32,000 nucleotides of DNA, from the NCBI GenBank assembly GCA_021498095.1, contig JAIZWK010000001.1, positions 3,240,001-3,272,000 of the forward strand. The letters are read 5' to 3'. The translations under genes and the position numbers were made by a program. Positions 18,450 to 27,513 of the stretch are shown in pieces (within the stretch, counting starts at the first letter, position 1; every line of letters starts with the position of its first letter). The notes under the pieces were generated by a model. It saw nothing but the letters and a program-made list of their open reading frames with translations. It was not told where the DNA came from and searched no databases. Source of the stretch: Candidatus Harpocratesius repetitus. GTDB taxonomy: Archaea > Asgardarchaeota > Lokiarchaeia > Sigyniarchaeales > Promethearchaeaceae.

Positions 18450-19118
18450 ATGCTCTTTTTTGATTTAGAATTTTATGTTCCCCCAAATGATAGAAATAAT
18501 CCACAAACGAAAGGAACGTTTAAATTCAATCCCCTCAAAGATGGTCATTTACTGTTGGGAGGATTTTTTCTTCATACTTCCTTAACGAATGCTGAAATAT
18601 TGAATTCAGAAGAAATTTGGTTGTGGAATTTAGAAAATGAAAAAAGTGTAATTGAGAAAATTTATACAATTTTTCAAACTGAATGGAATTTACGACAAAA
18701 AAACCATGATGTGATTATAAAAAAGCGTATTCGTGATAGTGTTACATGTGGTTTTTCAATCTCCAGAATTGATTTACCTGTATTGTTTTTAAAAGGTATG
18801 TTACATAAAATTGCACCTTTTGATCAATTATTTCAAACTTTCTTAAATACAAAAGTAATTGATTTAAGTAATACAGCAAGCTTTTTATTTCCAAATGAGC
18901 ATGTTTTATATCCAAAAACACAGCGCGAAGTCAGTCGTAAACTTCATATTCATGAATCTTCATTCAATAAACCTGCGGGAAGTGATGTTTGGACTAAGTA
19001 TGATGATGGAGATTATGATATAATTGCTACTCGATGTAGAAATGAAGTCGAAGAAATTTACTCAATTTACTTAGAATTACGAGAACAAATTAAAAAAATT
19101 AGTAAAAAAAATTACTAA
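18450..19118 (+). CDS. Divergent DnaQ/PolB-type 3'-5' exonuclease-like protein
   Basis: FFDLEF (ExoI), GFSISRIDLP (ExoII-like), VIDL, and RCRNEV at the ExoIII position. Confidence 0.55.
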   Translation: MLFFDLEFYVPPNDRNNPQTKGTFKFNPLKDGHLLLGGFFLHTSLTNAEILNSEEIWLWNLENEKSVIEKIYTIFQTEWNLRQKNHDVIIKKRIRDSVTCGFSISRIDLPVLFLKGMLHKIAPFDQLFQTFLNTKVIDLSNTASFLFPNEHVLYPKTQREVSRKLHIHESSFNKPAGSDVWTKYDDGDYDIIATRCRNEVEEIYSIYLELREQIKKISKKNY

Positions 19119-19131
19119 CTTAATTATTAAA

Positions 19132-20688
19132 TTAAATTGCTGCTTTTTTCGCTTGATCCGCCATTGCATCTTTATCGCGAGCTAATTGAACTTCTTCTTC
19201 GCTTAGTTGCTGTTCTCGCTGAGATTGTAAAGCTTCATATTCTTCTTCTGTCAATCCAGCCCGTCGAATAGCTTCTAATCTTAATATTTCTTCTAATTTT
19301 GCATTCTTCGTAATGCGGATAATGTATGAGATCAGTGGAATTAATAATACTAAAGGAATGATAATAGACCATGATCCTTCATATATTTGCAATTCCACAC
19401 TCTTCAAAATTGAATCTGGAGCACCAATTAGGTTAAAGAATTGGTAAGGATGGACACTTGCCCAAGCCATTGCAGTAATAATTATAATACGAACAAACAT
19501 ATTAACTATAGTAGAAAACACCAAACGAGATGATTTTGGAGCTGAAGAAGAAGCAGTTAATGCTGCTTTAGCTTCAGGATCTTGTTTGAAAAGTTTATCT
19601 AAATAGTTTGCAATTTTTCGAGTATCGCGCATAGCTCCCATTATTTTTGCTTCTTCTCGCTCAGCTTTCTTTTTGCGAATTAATTCAGCAACATATGAAA
19701 AACCAACCTGCTCTCCTGATTCGGACATTAAAGAATGAAGCGATAAGCGTTCCTTTTCTTGTTTTTGTCGCTCTCGTTCCTCTTGAGAAAGACTTGCACG
19801 AGCTTCCATTTTTAATTCTCGTTTTCGTTCTTCAATCGCTTTTATTCTTGCAATTGCTTTCTGGGCTTCAATGTGCATTACTTCAATTTGATGATTTAAT
19901 CTTTCTTCGCGCTCTATTGATGGACGTGTTACTTTATCGACATAAGCTAATTGAAACACAAATTCCAAATAAGCAAATTCTAACACTGCTACTAAAAATA
20001 TATCAGTACTAAGAAATTCCCATAATGAAAGTTGAGATATATCTAAAAATATCCCGCTGTAGAGCAAATCATGAAAAACTATATCTTGAAACCACTGGGG
20101 TAATGAAGTAACTGAGATACCAAATAATTGTAGAAGAGACACTAATTGCAAGATAAATAGAGGAATGGCAATTACTGCATTCAAGAATAATATTACTTTT
20201 ACACTGTCACCAGGATTACTGGTTATTGCACCTCGAAGTGCATAATAAAACATGGCAATAACAAGAATTTGAAGTCCAATAAAATAAAGATCACTAGAAA
20301 TTGCGGCGAAAAGATCACTTAATCCTTGTGTCGCTTGCTCAATCGTTGGTGATGTTGTAGAAATAGAAGTATCAACGAATGTAAATTTAAACCATCGACC
20401 AACTAAATTCTGGAAAATATTAAAACTTAAAGTGCTATAAAAAGAAGAATTAAGCCCAAAAAGAGTCAAAATTCCTAATCCAACAAAATATAAACCGGAC
20501 ATCAAATAAAATAAAAGAATATATAATAAAAAGGCGAAAATGTCTCTTAACATCCCAATAATACTGAGTACATTGATAATATTATAAATTTTGGGATTAT
20601 AGATATGAGATAATACTGTCAATAACAAAGCCAGTAATGCCACACTACTGACTCGAAGAGTTAATAAAAGATAATTGCGCTCTGCCAT
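19132..20688 (-). CDS. Polytopic membrane protein with central charged coiled-coil
   Basis: Several hydrophobic segments at the N-terminus and two near the C-terminus, with E/R/K-rich helical stretches (EERKRELKMEARASLSQEERERQKQEKER). Lies directly downstream of the DUF58 gene. Confidence 0.8.
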   Translation of the reverse strand: MAERNYLLLTLRVSSVALLALLLTVLSHIYNPKIYNIINVLSIIGMLRDIFAFLLYILLFYLMSGLYFVGLGILTLFGLNSSFYSTLSFNIFQNLVGRWFKFTFVDTSISTTSPTIEQATQGLSDLFAAISSDLYFIGLQILVIAMFYYALRGAITSNPGDSVKVILFLNAVIAIPLFILQLVSLLQLFGISVTSLPQWFQDIVFHDLLYSGIFLDISQLSLWEFLSTDIFLVAVLEFAYLEFVFQLAYVDKVTRPSIEREERLNHQIEVMHIEAQKAIARIKAIEERKRELKMEARASLSQEERERQKQEKERLSLHSLMSESGEQVGFSYVAELIRKKKAEREEAKIMGAMRDTRKIANYLDKLFKQDPEAKAALTASSSAPKSSRLVFSTIVNMFVRIIIITAMAWASVHPYQFFNLIGAPDSILKSVELQIYEGSWSIIIPLVLLIPLISYIIRITKNAKLEEILRLEAIRRAGLTEEEYEALQSQREQQLSEEEVQLARDKDAMADQAKKAAI

Positions 20689-20721
20689 GTTTTTTTTCCT
20701 CCATTTCCATTTCTGTATAAA

Positions 20722-22050
20722 TTAATCTGCCTTCCCTTTCTGTTTTGCATTTTGATATTGATTTACAATAACATCGAACATATCATCTGGCGCCACCGAT
20801 ATCACTGGAACCAGTAATTTCTGGCAATCTTTACGTACTTGCAACACATGCAACATCATTTCTTCTGAAATTGCTTCAGCTAAAGCTTTATCAATATATG
20901 ACAACTCTAATTCGTGAATTTCAAACCAAGGACTGAATGGTGCCACTACAACCACAGCATGACCATATGATTTTAACTTACGAACCGCTGCAATAATATC
21001 AACACCTGCAACCTCTAAGTCTGTAATAAGAAATACCAAACTACGTTTGTCGAAATTCCTGCTAAATTCTTCCATACTCCAGAAGATTTCTTTAGCTCCT
21101 TTCGGACTTATTTCTCCCAAAAAGGTAATAATATCATAATAATGAGAGCGTTTTTGAGATGGGGGCAACCATCGAAAATGCTGCCTATCAGAAAAAGTGC
21201 ACACACCAACTTGGTCTTTTTGTTCCATGGCTAACTTTGCTAATAACATACCGGACTTAATTGCATATTCAAATTTAGTCGCATCTACTGCACCGCCGCC
21301 CATGGATTCACTTGAATCTATCAAAATAATAGTAGAAACATTACGTTCGCTTTCAAACTCCCGAACAATTAATTTTTGAAGTCGCATACTCGCTTTCCAG
21401 TCTATTAATCGATACTGATCTCCGGCGACATATTTTCTTAGATTTCGCAGCTCAGTTCCTGTTCCTTTCTGTTTTACTTGATGAACACCAAATGACATAG
21501 CCATAGCTCGCTTAGCTCCAAGTAATTCAAGAGCGCGAATTTCTTCATAGGGAGGATATATTACAATTTCAGTAAATGAATTCGGAACGGTTTTTTCCAC
21601 TGCACTGAAACCTAATCTGTCACGAACTGTAATTTCTAAAGGCCCAAGTTCAAACTCACCTCGTACTCGAGGTGCAAGAATATAAGAAAATACAACGGTA
21701 CTTTTTGGATCAATACGAGTACTGATATAGTTTTCACCCGCAACTAACCGAAAAGCTTCGGTGGGAAAATTGTCAAATATATCTAAGAAATCAAATCGAG
21801 TACCACCAGTATTAACGATACGAACTTTAACATGCATAAAGTCGTCTCGAAAGACACGCTTGTTATCGATTTCTCTAGTAACTTGTAATTCTTCAACATT
21901 CATAGAAGATTCGAATGCAGGCATCGAAATTAAAGTTGCAAATAAGAAAAATGCACCGCAGAGAATTAAGAAATGATTATGAAAACTCAATCCTGCTGAA
22001 ATCAAAAATGCGGCTAAAATAATTAACGAACGACCTTTCCCACCCAGCAC
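20722..22050 (-). CDS. DUF58/vWA protein (MoxR partner) with N-terminal TM and Ig-like domain
   Basis: GTG start with GAGG upstream; ELRNLRKYVAGDQYRLIDWKASMR, LIVREFESE, and MIDAS-like IDSSESM. Confidence 0.9.
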   Translation of the reverse strand: MLGGKGRSLIILAAFLISAGLSFHNHFLILCGAFFLFATLISMPAFESSMNVEELQVTREIDNKRVFRDDFMHVKVRIVNTGGTRFDFLDIFDNFPTEAFRLVAGENYISTRIDPKSTVVFSYILAPRVRGEFELGPLEITVRDRLGFSAVEKTVPNSFTEIVIYPPYEEIRALELLGAKRAMAMSFGVHQVKQKGTGTELRNLRKYVAGDQYRLIDWKASMRLQKLIVREFESERNVSTIILIDSSESMGGGAVDATKFEYAIKSGMLLAKLAMEQKDQVGVCTFSDRQHFRWLPPSQKRSHYYDIITFLGEISPKGAKEIFWSMEEFSRNFDKRSLVFLITDLEVAGVDIIAAVRKLKSYGHAVVVVAPFSPWFEIHELELSYIDKALAEAISEEMMLHVLQVRKDCQKLLVPVISVAPDDMFDVIVNQYQNAKQKGKAD

Positions 22051-22514
22051 GGTTTATTCATCCTCTTATTAGGAATTCTTTCGTATATGATTATATGATT
22101 TATGATTGTTGCTTGACTGAACCTATAAATTTGATCATATACGTATAACGTAAGATAGGTTAATGTAACTTAAATAACTTGAGGGTATTTTAAATTTCAA
22201 AAATTCGAAGTTTTTCATTTTATCATCTTAATTCTCCCGACTCAAATCTAAAATATCCTTCCTTTTTTTTGTCGATTTTACCAAGGTGCCAAATTCAAAA
22301 TATGCAAATCAAAAATTATAATAATCGACATCAGATTGAAGAATTTATAAACAGGATGGTAAATTTTTAATAAATTCTTTGAAAAAATCGAGTTCGACAA
22401 AAAAAGAATTAAGATATTTCAGATTTAAGTCGGAAATATATAAATGATATTCAAAAAAGCGTTTAAATTAAAAAAGATAAAATATCCTCATAAAGCAATC
22501 TTGTATATAAAAAT

Positions 22515-23465
22515 TTACATTATCAATTCATAACCGCTTTTTAATTTAAATTTAGGCCGAAAGTTTTTTGCCCACCTTATAAATCGCTCCCGCAATTCCT
22601 TATCTTTAATCTGCTCCGCAGCAATTAACGCATAGTCCATAAATTTAATCCGCTCTGCGGTCCACGTAGTTTCAAACCCGTATTCTTCAAAAAATAGCTT
22701 CTCCCACTCCTTATAACGCTCGATATTCTTCTGCTTTCGGGGATGGATGAACGAATCAAAATCATACATAAATTCTTCGCTGTTTTCAAACTGGGTGCAG
22801 TCCCAAAATTCAATCGGCAGAAATGAAATGTGAGGTATATGAGGAAGATTTGAAATGTTAATCCATAATTCAGGATTATAGGTAAATTCAATCGGAATCT
22901 CTTTTACTTCCCGCAAACTCCATAATTCCAATTTTTCTAATGAGAGGCAGAAAGCCCAGTTTATGGGAATCTGCTTCATGCGGTGCTTTCCGTCATTTTT
23001 CGGCGGCAGCGTAATTTTTTCACCATCGAACATATTTTCATAACGCTCGTTATAAAAATCTTCATGAATCGAGATATTGCGCAGTCGATAGCAGTGGGCG
23101 AAATCTATATTGTAGTCGTCTAAAACGGCAGTTAGAGTTCTGAATTCCCGTAAATATTGGTATTGGTCACACTTTAGGGGGATTTTAATATTCGAAAATC
23201 TAGAAATGCGAATATATTCTATTTTAGGCGGCCATTTAACCACCCGCAGCTGATTTTTTCCAAATATTACGATTTCTCTGCAGTTGGTAAAGGCTGAAAA
23301 ATCTGCTTCATTATTGGGAAATATGCAGCTATATGCTTCTAATTTATATACTTTATCAACATCTTTCCAATTTTTAACATCAAAATCCTGCCTAACCAGT
23401 GTTAATACTAATTTATCATTATAAACATGGCTGTATCTCACATATTTTGGATTTTCATTATGCAT
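22515..23465 (-). CDS. Hypothetical protein with degenerate leucine-rich-repeat-like units
   Basis: CREIVI, IEYIRI, LREFRT, LRNISI and LEKLEL segments; the first four recur at 20-23 aa spacing. Aromatic/acidic C-terminus. Confidence 0.55.
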   Translation of the reverse strand: MHNENPKYVRYSHVYNDKLVLTLVRQDFDVKNWKDVDKVYKLEAYSCIFPNNEADFSAFTNCREIVIFGKNQLRVVKWPPKIEYIRISRFSNIKIPLKCDQYQYLREFRTLTAVLDDYNIDFAHCYRLRNISIHEDFYNERYENMFDGEKITLPPKNDGKHRMKQIPINWAFCLSLEKLELWSLREVKEIPIEFTYNPELWINISNLPHIPHISFLPIEFWDCTQFENSEEFMYDFDSFIHPRKQKNIERYKEWEKLFFEEYGFETTWTAERIKFMDYALIAAEQIKDKELRERFIRWAKNFRPKFKLKSGYELIM

Positions 23466-23570
23466 AATGCTTCATCCACTTTTTTTTTCATTTACCTTTA
23501 TTTTCTTATCCAATGTATATAAAAAAAAACGATATTAAAAAATTAACCCACTCTTCGGCGAACTTATTTT

Positions 23571-24926
23571 TTATCCGACAAATCCCTCAATCGACTCTAA
23601 ATATGCATCAAAACTATTCATGGCACTTTCATCGGCATATTCTTCGTAGTATAAGCGCATCTCGTTTTTGTACTTCAAAAAGTATGCAAAGCACTGCTGC
23701 AGCATCAACAACTGCGAGTTTGAGTTGAATATGCTAACGGGATTTTCAATCTGTGCGTACCATCGGTCGAGTCGGGAGTCAAATTGAATGTTGCCGTTCT
23801 CATCCAAAGTGGGAACGAAGTATTCAATTGATTTCTTATCACTTATTATAATTGTTATTGTTTCACCTTTAACGCCGAATGCCTTGATGATACCCTCGAG
23901 TCGGTTCCATGTGGCAATGTATGCATTACTAACACCACCTTTTCCTTTCATCATCAATTTGATATCATTGTAAAATCTTTTCTTTTTTAAATTTGAATCT
24001 TTTAAATCCTGCTCGGATGAATGCAGTGTATACTGTTCGTAAACCCACTTTGCCAGCACGGCCACCACATCTCGGATGCTGGAGCCTTGAAATTCGGCAA
24101 GATTGCGGAGGTTGAAAAAGGCTCGACAGTCTTCAAGTTCAATCAGCACCATTTTAGCGGCGTCTCCACCAATTTTCTCTTTCATCATATCAGTAAATGT
24201 ATTAATACCATCTTGATTTTCAAATATGTTTATCATGGATAAGCCGTTCTGGAAGGCCGTCCAAACCTTGCGCGCCTTTTCTGTATAATATTCGATATCC
24301 TCTGCATCCGCTCCATGCATTCCCACGCCGTAAATACCGGGATACCGCCAATTCACCGCACTGCCGTCTGCTCCAATTAAGTTCAGCATATTCTCAAATA
24401 CCAGAAAATCCATAACGAAGCGCTCAATTCCATTATTTATATCGGGTCTATTGGTTTTATAATATTCTCTTTTAACCGGGTCCCACAAATCTATGGAAAA
24501 CTGCGGGATTATCATGGAATAGGGCGAAGGCGTGGTAGGGACAATGTCTTTAACGGCATCTGAAATGGGGGTGCCGAGTTGGAAAAATTTAATTTTATGT
24601 TCTTCGTCATTTTGAATTTGACCGACCATACTTCCGAACACCAGCACTTCTCTGCCGGAACCTATTACTTCGCTTTTAGCCATTCCGAATTGTATGAAAT
24701 TAGCAATAAAGGCGTTTTTTTTGGCACCGATAATGATAACTGGGTCGGGAAGGGCGCTGGGGGGCACGTAGTAGTGATGATCATCGACTACTTTTTCGCT
24801 TAGATAGTTTTTAACTCTATCTTGATCTGGAAATTCTAAATTATTTTGAACAAGATAATCGATAGTTGAGCGAAATGCTTCGATATTGGTAAAAAGGGAT
24901 GCCAAAGAAATCCAAGCTGCCTGCAT
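23571..24926 (-). CDS. Hypothetical protein, 451 aa; possibly the C-terminal part of a larger disrupted gene
   Basis: Long ORF with no recognised motif. It is in frame with 24933..25346 across a single TAG, but also has AGGAG just upstream of its ATG. Confidence 0.65.
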   Translation of the reverse strand: MQAAWISLASLFTNIEAFRSTIDYLVQNNLEFPDQDRVKNYLSEKVVDDHHYYVPPSALPDPVIIIGAKKNAFIANFIQFGMAKSEVIGSGREVLVFGSMVGQIQNDEEHKIKFFQLGTPISDAVKDIVPTTPSPYSMIIPQFSIDLWDPVKREYYKTNRPDINNGIERFVMDFLVFENMLNLIGADGSAVNWRYPGIYGVGMHGADAEDIEYYTEKARKVWTAFQNGLSMINIFENQDGINTFTDMMKEKIGGDAAKMVLIELEDCRAFFNLRNLAEFQGSSIRDVVAVLAKWVYEQYTLHSSEQDLKDSNLKKKRFYNDIKLMMKGKGGVSNAYIATWNRLEGIIKAFGVKGETITIIISDKKSIEYFVPTLDENGNIQFDSRLDRWYAQIENPVSIFNSNSQLLMLQQCFAYFLKYKNEMRLYYEEYADESAMNSFDAYLESIEGFVG

Positions 24927-24932
24927 CAGCTC

Positions 24933-25528
24933 CTATTCGTGAATTTGGGATGAAGAAAGCAAAGAACCAATACTATACAATTTTGATTCTTTAATAAATT
25001 GTAAATATTCGCTGTATCCAAGTCTTTTCTGCAAAAATTGGGTCAAATAATCAGCAGCACCTCCAAGATTAACTGCAATTTTATGATCAGTATAAGCACC
25101 TGCATCTTGGGAAATTTTGCTGATTCTACTTAAAATATTTTTAATTCGCTTAATTCCCCAATAATTCCATACTAATGTTTTCAAATCGAGAAATGTTTTT
25201 ATATTGTGGACAATCCGCCAGTATTTACTTGCCTCATCTGCTTCAAACAATTCCTTTATTTCGCTGATATATTTCAATCCATCTAAGGATTCATCGAAAA
25301 AGTGCTCTTTTAATTCTGTGCCGGTGCCGGGAAGGTCTTTATCCAAGCGTTAAAATCAAAAAATAAGTCTCTAAGCTGCTCTGCAATATCGGGAACATTC
25401 TTATAAATATTTTTTAATGATGTTCTAATTCTTTGTAAGCCTGATTTAAAATTCAATTGAAGTTGATATTCGATGTGAACGCGCTTGGCTGAGATGCGTG
25501 AGTTGATAGATGAGATTGTGGTAAAACT
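24933..25528 (-). pseudogene. Frameshifted gene fragment upstream of the 451-aa ORF
   Basis: The 137-aa ORF starts TAA-CGC-TTG with no credible start. A neighbouring frame is open from 25528 (...RVHIEYQLQLNFKSGLQRIRTSLKNIYKNVPDIAEQLRDLFFDFNAWIK) and joins DLPGTGTELKEH if one A is added near 25340. Confidence 0.5.
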
Positions 25529-26654
25529 TTATAGATTGAAAGCGAAAAGCACGATGAAAGGTTTGCAGTGTGAAGGTATAGAGAATGGAAATCTGTTCTG
25601 AATCCACATATTGAATAATTTTTGCTTGCAAACTGTGATCATACAAAACCGATTTTGATGAAAAAAGAGTAAACAGTTCAAATGGTTTATGATGATGGCG
25701 GATTAGAAACGATCTTATTAATAATTCCATTAAAATAATTGCGCAGAAGAAACCACAAAATAATCCTATCAACCAATTTCGCAGAATTGATTGTGAGAAA
25801 GAATAAAAAATTAATCCGATGCCCAATCCAATGATAAAGAAAAGCGAAGAAAATGAACGGAAAATCCCAATCCATAAAGATCGACCATTCCTAATCTCAC
25901 AAATTGATTGCTGACCTGCATTACCTTGAATAACATTCATCAATCCTTCGAATGTAAGTGCTTCAAATCGGTAATGAGGAAATTCAGCTTCGATTACTGA
26001 CTGCAGTATTGTTAAAGCTTCATCGGTCTTTCGCAAAAATTTCAGCATTTTCCCCCGATTGGGTGCATTTAATCTCTTAGTAATAATAAAATGATAGGAA
26101 AAATCCCTCGGATTCCTACTTCCATCCAGTGAAATCCGTATGGTTAGGGGTATATTGTGCCACATTTGATATAAACGCCGCATTAGATCAGCAAAATTCG
26201 GGCGAATATGAACACTGGTGGCAGACAATTTATATCCCGCATGAATAAAGCAGATTCCTGTTCTCAAATTCTGCATGATGAGAAAAGAGTGAATAAAGTT
26301 GTATTCATCGAATTCTACAGGTGGTATTGTTCCGATAAGTAGGTGATCGGGGTGCATCAATTTTCTGGAGCCATTATAGGGGGTGGTGCGAACATGTCGG
26401 GAATTATCGTAGTACCAAAGCAGAAGCCACATGATTTCAGCACACAGCCAAGGTATTAATAGGCTTGAATCTTGATTGATTAAAGCAGAGATAACACCCA
26501 AAGTTGCAAAAATAATGAATCCAATTAATGCGGTAATGGTATGGGTTCGCAGTTGGGGGCGGTTAATATCCGTAAATACTTTAGACGAGAATGGGATAAT
26601 TTGAGGGTTTTTTACAGGCATATAATTGTGAATGATTGAGTTATTTAAATCCAA
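25446..26654 (-). CDS. Membrane protein with two (2-TM + soluble domain) modules, second module apparently truncated
   Basis: TM pairs are ITALIGFIIFATLG/LLIPWLCAEIMWLLLW and FFIIGLGIGLIFY/WLIGLFCGFFCAIIL. Likely start is ATG 26621. Confidence 0.6.
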   Translation of the reverse strand: MDLNNSIIHNYMPVKNPQIIPFSSKVFTDINRPQLRTHTITALIGFIIFATLGVISALINQDSSLLIPWLCAEIMWLLLWYYDNSRHVRTTPYNGSRKLMHPDHLLIGTIPPVEFDEYNFIHSFLIMQNLRTGICFIHAGYKLSATSVHIRPNFADLMRRLYQMWHNIPLTIRISLDGSRNPRDFSYHFIITKRLNAPNRGKMLKFLRKTDEALTILQSVIEAEFPHYRFEALTFEGLMNVIQGNAGQQSICEIRNGRSLWIGIFRSFSSLFFIIGLGIGLIFYSFSQSILRNWLIGLFCGFFCAIILMELLIRSFLIRHHHKPFELFTLFSSKSVLYDHSLQAKIIQYVDSEQISILYTFTLQTFHRAFRFQSIKFYHNLIYQLTHLSQARSHRISTSIEF

Positions 26655-26690
26655 AAATATAGTTTTGAGATGATTAATGAAAAAATTGAT

Positions 26691-27395
26691 CTAACAACAA
26701 AAAGCGGCTAAATTCCTTGTCAACTTGCTCAAAATTCTTTCCGAATCCCTCCTAACATACCTCTCGATAATGGCATCAATTCTTTCCCGCTCTTTCTCTT
26801 CTCTATCGTAGCCTTTCGCCTGAAGCGCCCGCAGTTGATACAATTTGCCCGAAAACGACGCAATCAGCGCCATCAAATCCGTCACCAGCTGTTCCTCCAA
26901 AGAAGTGTTCAATCCACGCTCCACCTCGATAATCGGCACATCGCAAATCCCGCAAACATATTCGAGAAATGGAAACCCGAATCTTGTGTGCCGATCCTTA
27001 TAGGCAATCAGCACCCGTGCCACCTTCCTCTGCTCAATTTGCTTCAGCAGCCGCCACAACCCTAGGCGCATCGGATTCAGCCCCGAGCCGTATTCTTTAA
27101 TAATTTTTAATGGTGTTTCATCATCGAAATGCTCCTTATAATATTTTTTCAAGCGTTCGACCTGTCTGTCAAGATTTCCATCCTTTTTCTGCTTGGACGA
27201 TGAAACACGGGCGTAAATATAGGTCGATTTTACAGTTTCCTCCGCTTGTTGGCATGGTAGATTAACCAATTCGGGCAGAAAATCCGCCAACTGTTCGCAT
27301 GAATACCGTCGGTGATTTCCAAATGTCCTTTTAGGAACGAGGTATCCTTTTCTATCCCATCTGCGCAGAGTTGCATGAGTAACTCCAAGACGCTT
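26691..27395 (-). pseudogene. tnpA: IS607-family TnpA serine recombinase, 5'-truncated
   Basis: Catalytic YIYARVSSSKQ, IKEYGSGLN, AYKDRHTRFGF and DLMALIASFSGKLY. The in-frame upstream extension KRLGVTHATLRRWDRKGYLVPKRTFGNHRRY is the MerR-like HTH. It runs into the 71-bp repeat with no start codon before an in-frame TAA. Confidence 0.88.
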
Positions 27396-27460
27396 GTATT
27401 TTTTTATTTTCTTTTTATCATTAAATTTCTTTACAAATTCTTTAAATTAATAAGATAAAA
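27390..27460 (+). repeat. 71-bp direct repeat, copy 1
   Basis: ACGCTTGTATTTTTTTATTTTCTTTTTATCATTAAATTTCTTTACAAATTCTTTAAATTAATAAGATAAAA, identical to 29279-29349. Confidence 0.95.
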
Positions 27461-27513
27461 AACTTCGATTTTAAGATGCATTAATAGATAATAAAAAACT
27501 TCGATTTTAAGAT
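27455..27513 (+). repeat. 23-bp direct repeat x2, period 36
   Basis: ATAAAAAACTTCGATTTTAAGAT at 27455-27477 and 27491-27513. Confidence 0.9.

Larger units (their letters stand above)
22515..27389 (-). mobile_element. Decaying horizontally acquired island led by an IS607-type serine recombinase; left boundary approximate
   Basis: All genes are on the minus strand. Hand-counted G+C is 29/60 at 24241-24300 and 31/60 at 26881-26940, versus 17/60 in tex at 14041-14100. The region has frame disruptions and lies between moxR and DUF58. Confidence 0.65.

Noticed and set aside
22264-22405. 12-bp inverted repeat TTTTTTTGTCGA / TCGACAAAAAAA, also similar to 13650-13662, as a MITE
   Set aside because: Mostly homopolymer plus TCGA, which is frequent in this sequence; no target duplication seen.
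13113-24935. Two in-frame TAG codons (13113-13115 and 24933-24935) as evidence of amber recoding or pyrrolysine
   Set aside because: TAG is the normal stop of several genes here (4680, 6505, 16708, 26691, 29211). Both cases are in mobile DNA, the first fits a TGG-to-TAG change, and no pyl genes are in the window.
26655-26690. tnpB or omegaRNA remnant after tnpA
   Set aside because: Only 36 bp separate tnpA from the next ORF, and no RuvC or Zn-finger motifs occur downstream.
6455-27513. Short repeats (24-bp and 23-bp pairs) as CRISPR arrays
   Set aside because: Only two copies each, with 1-bp and 13-bp gaps, no spacer-sized unique sequence and no cas genes.
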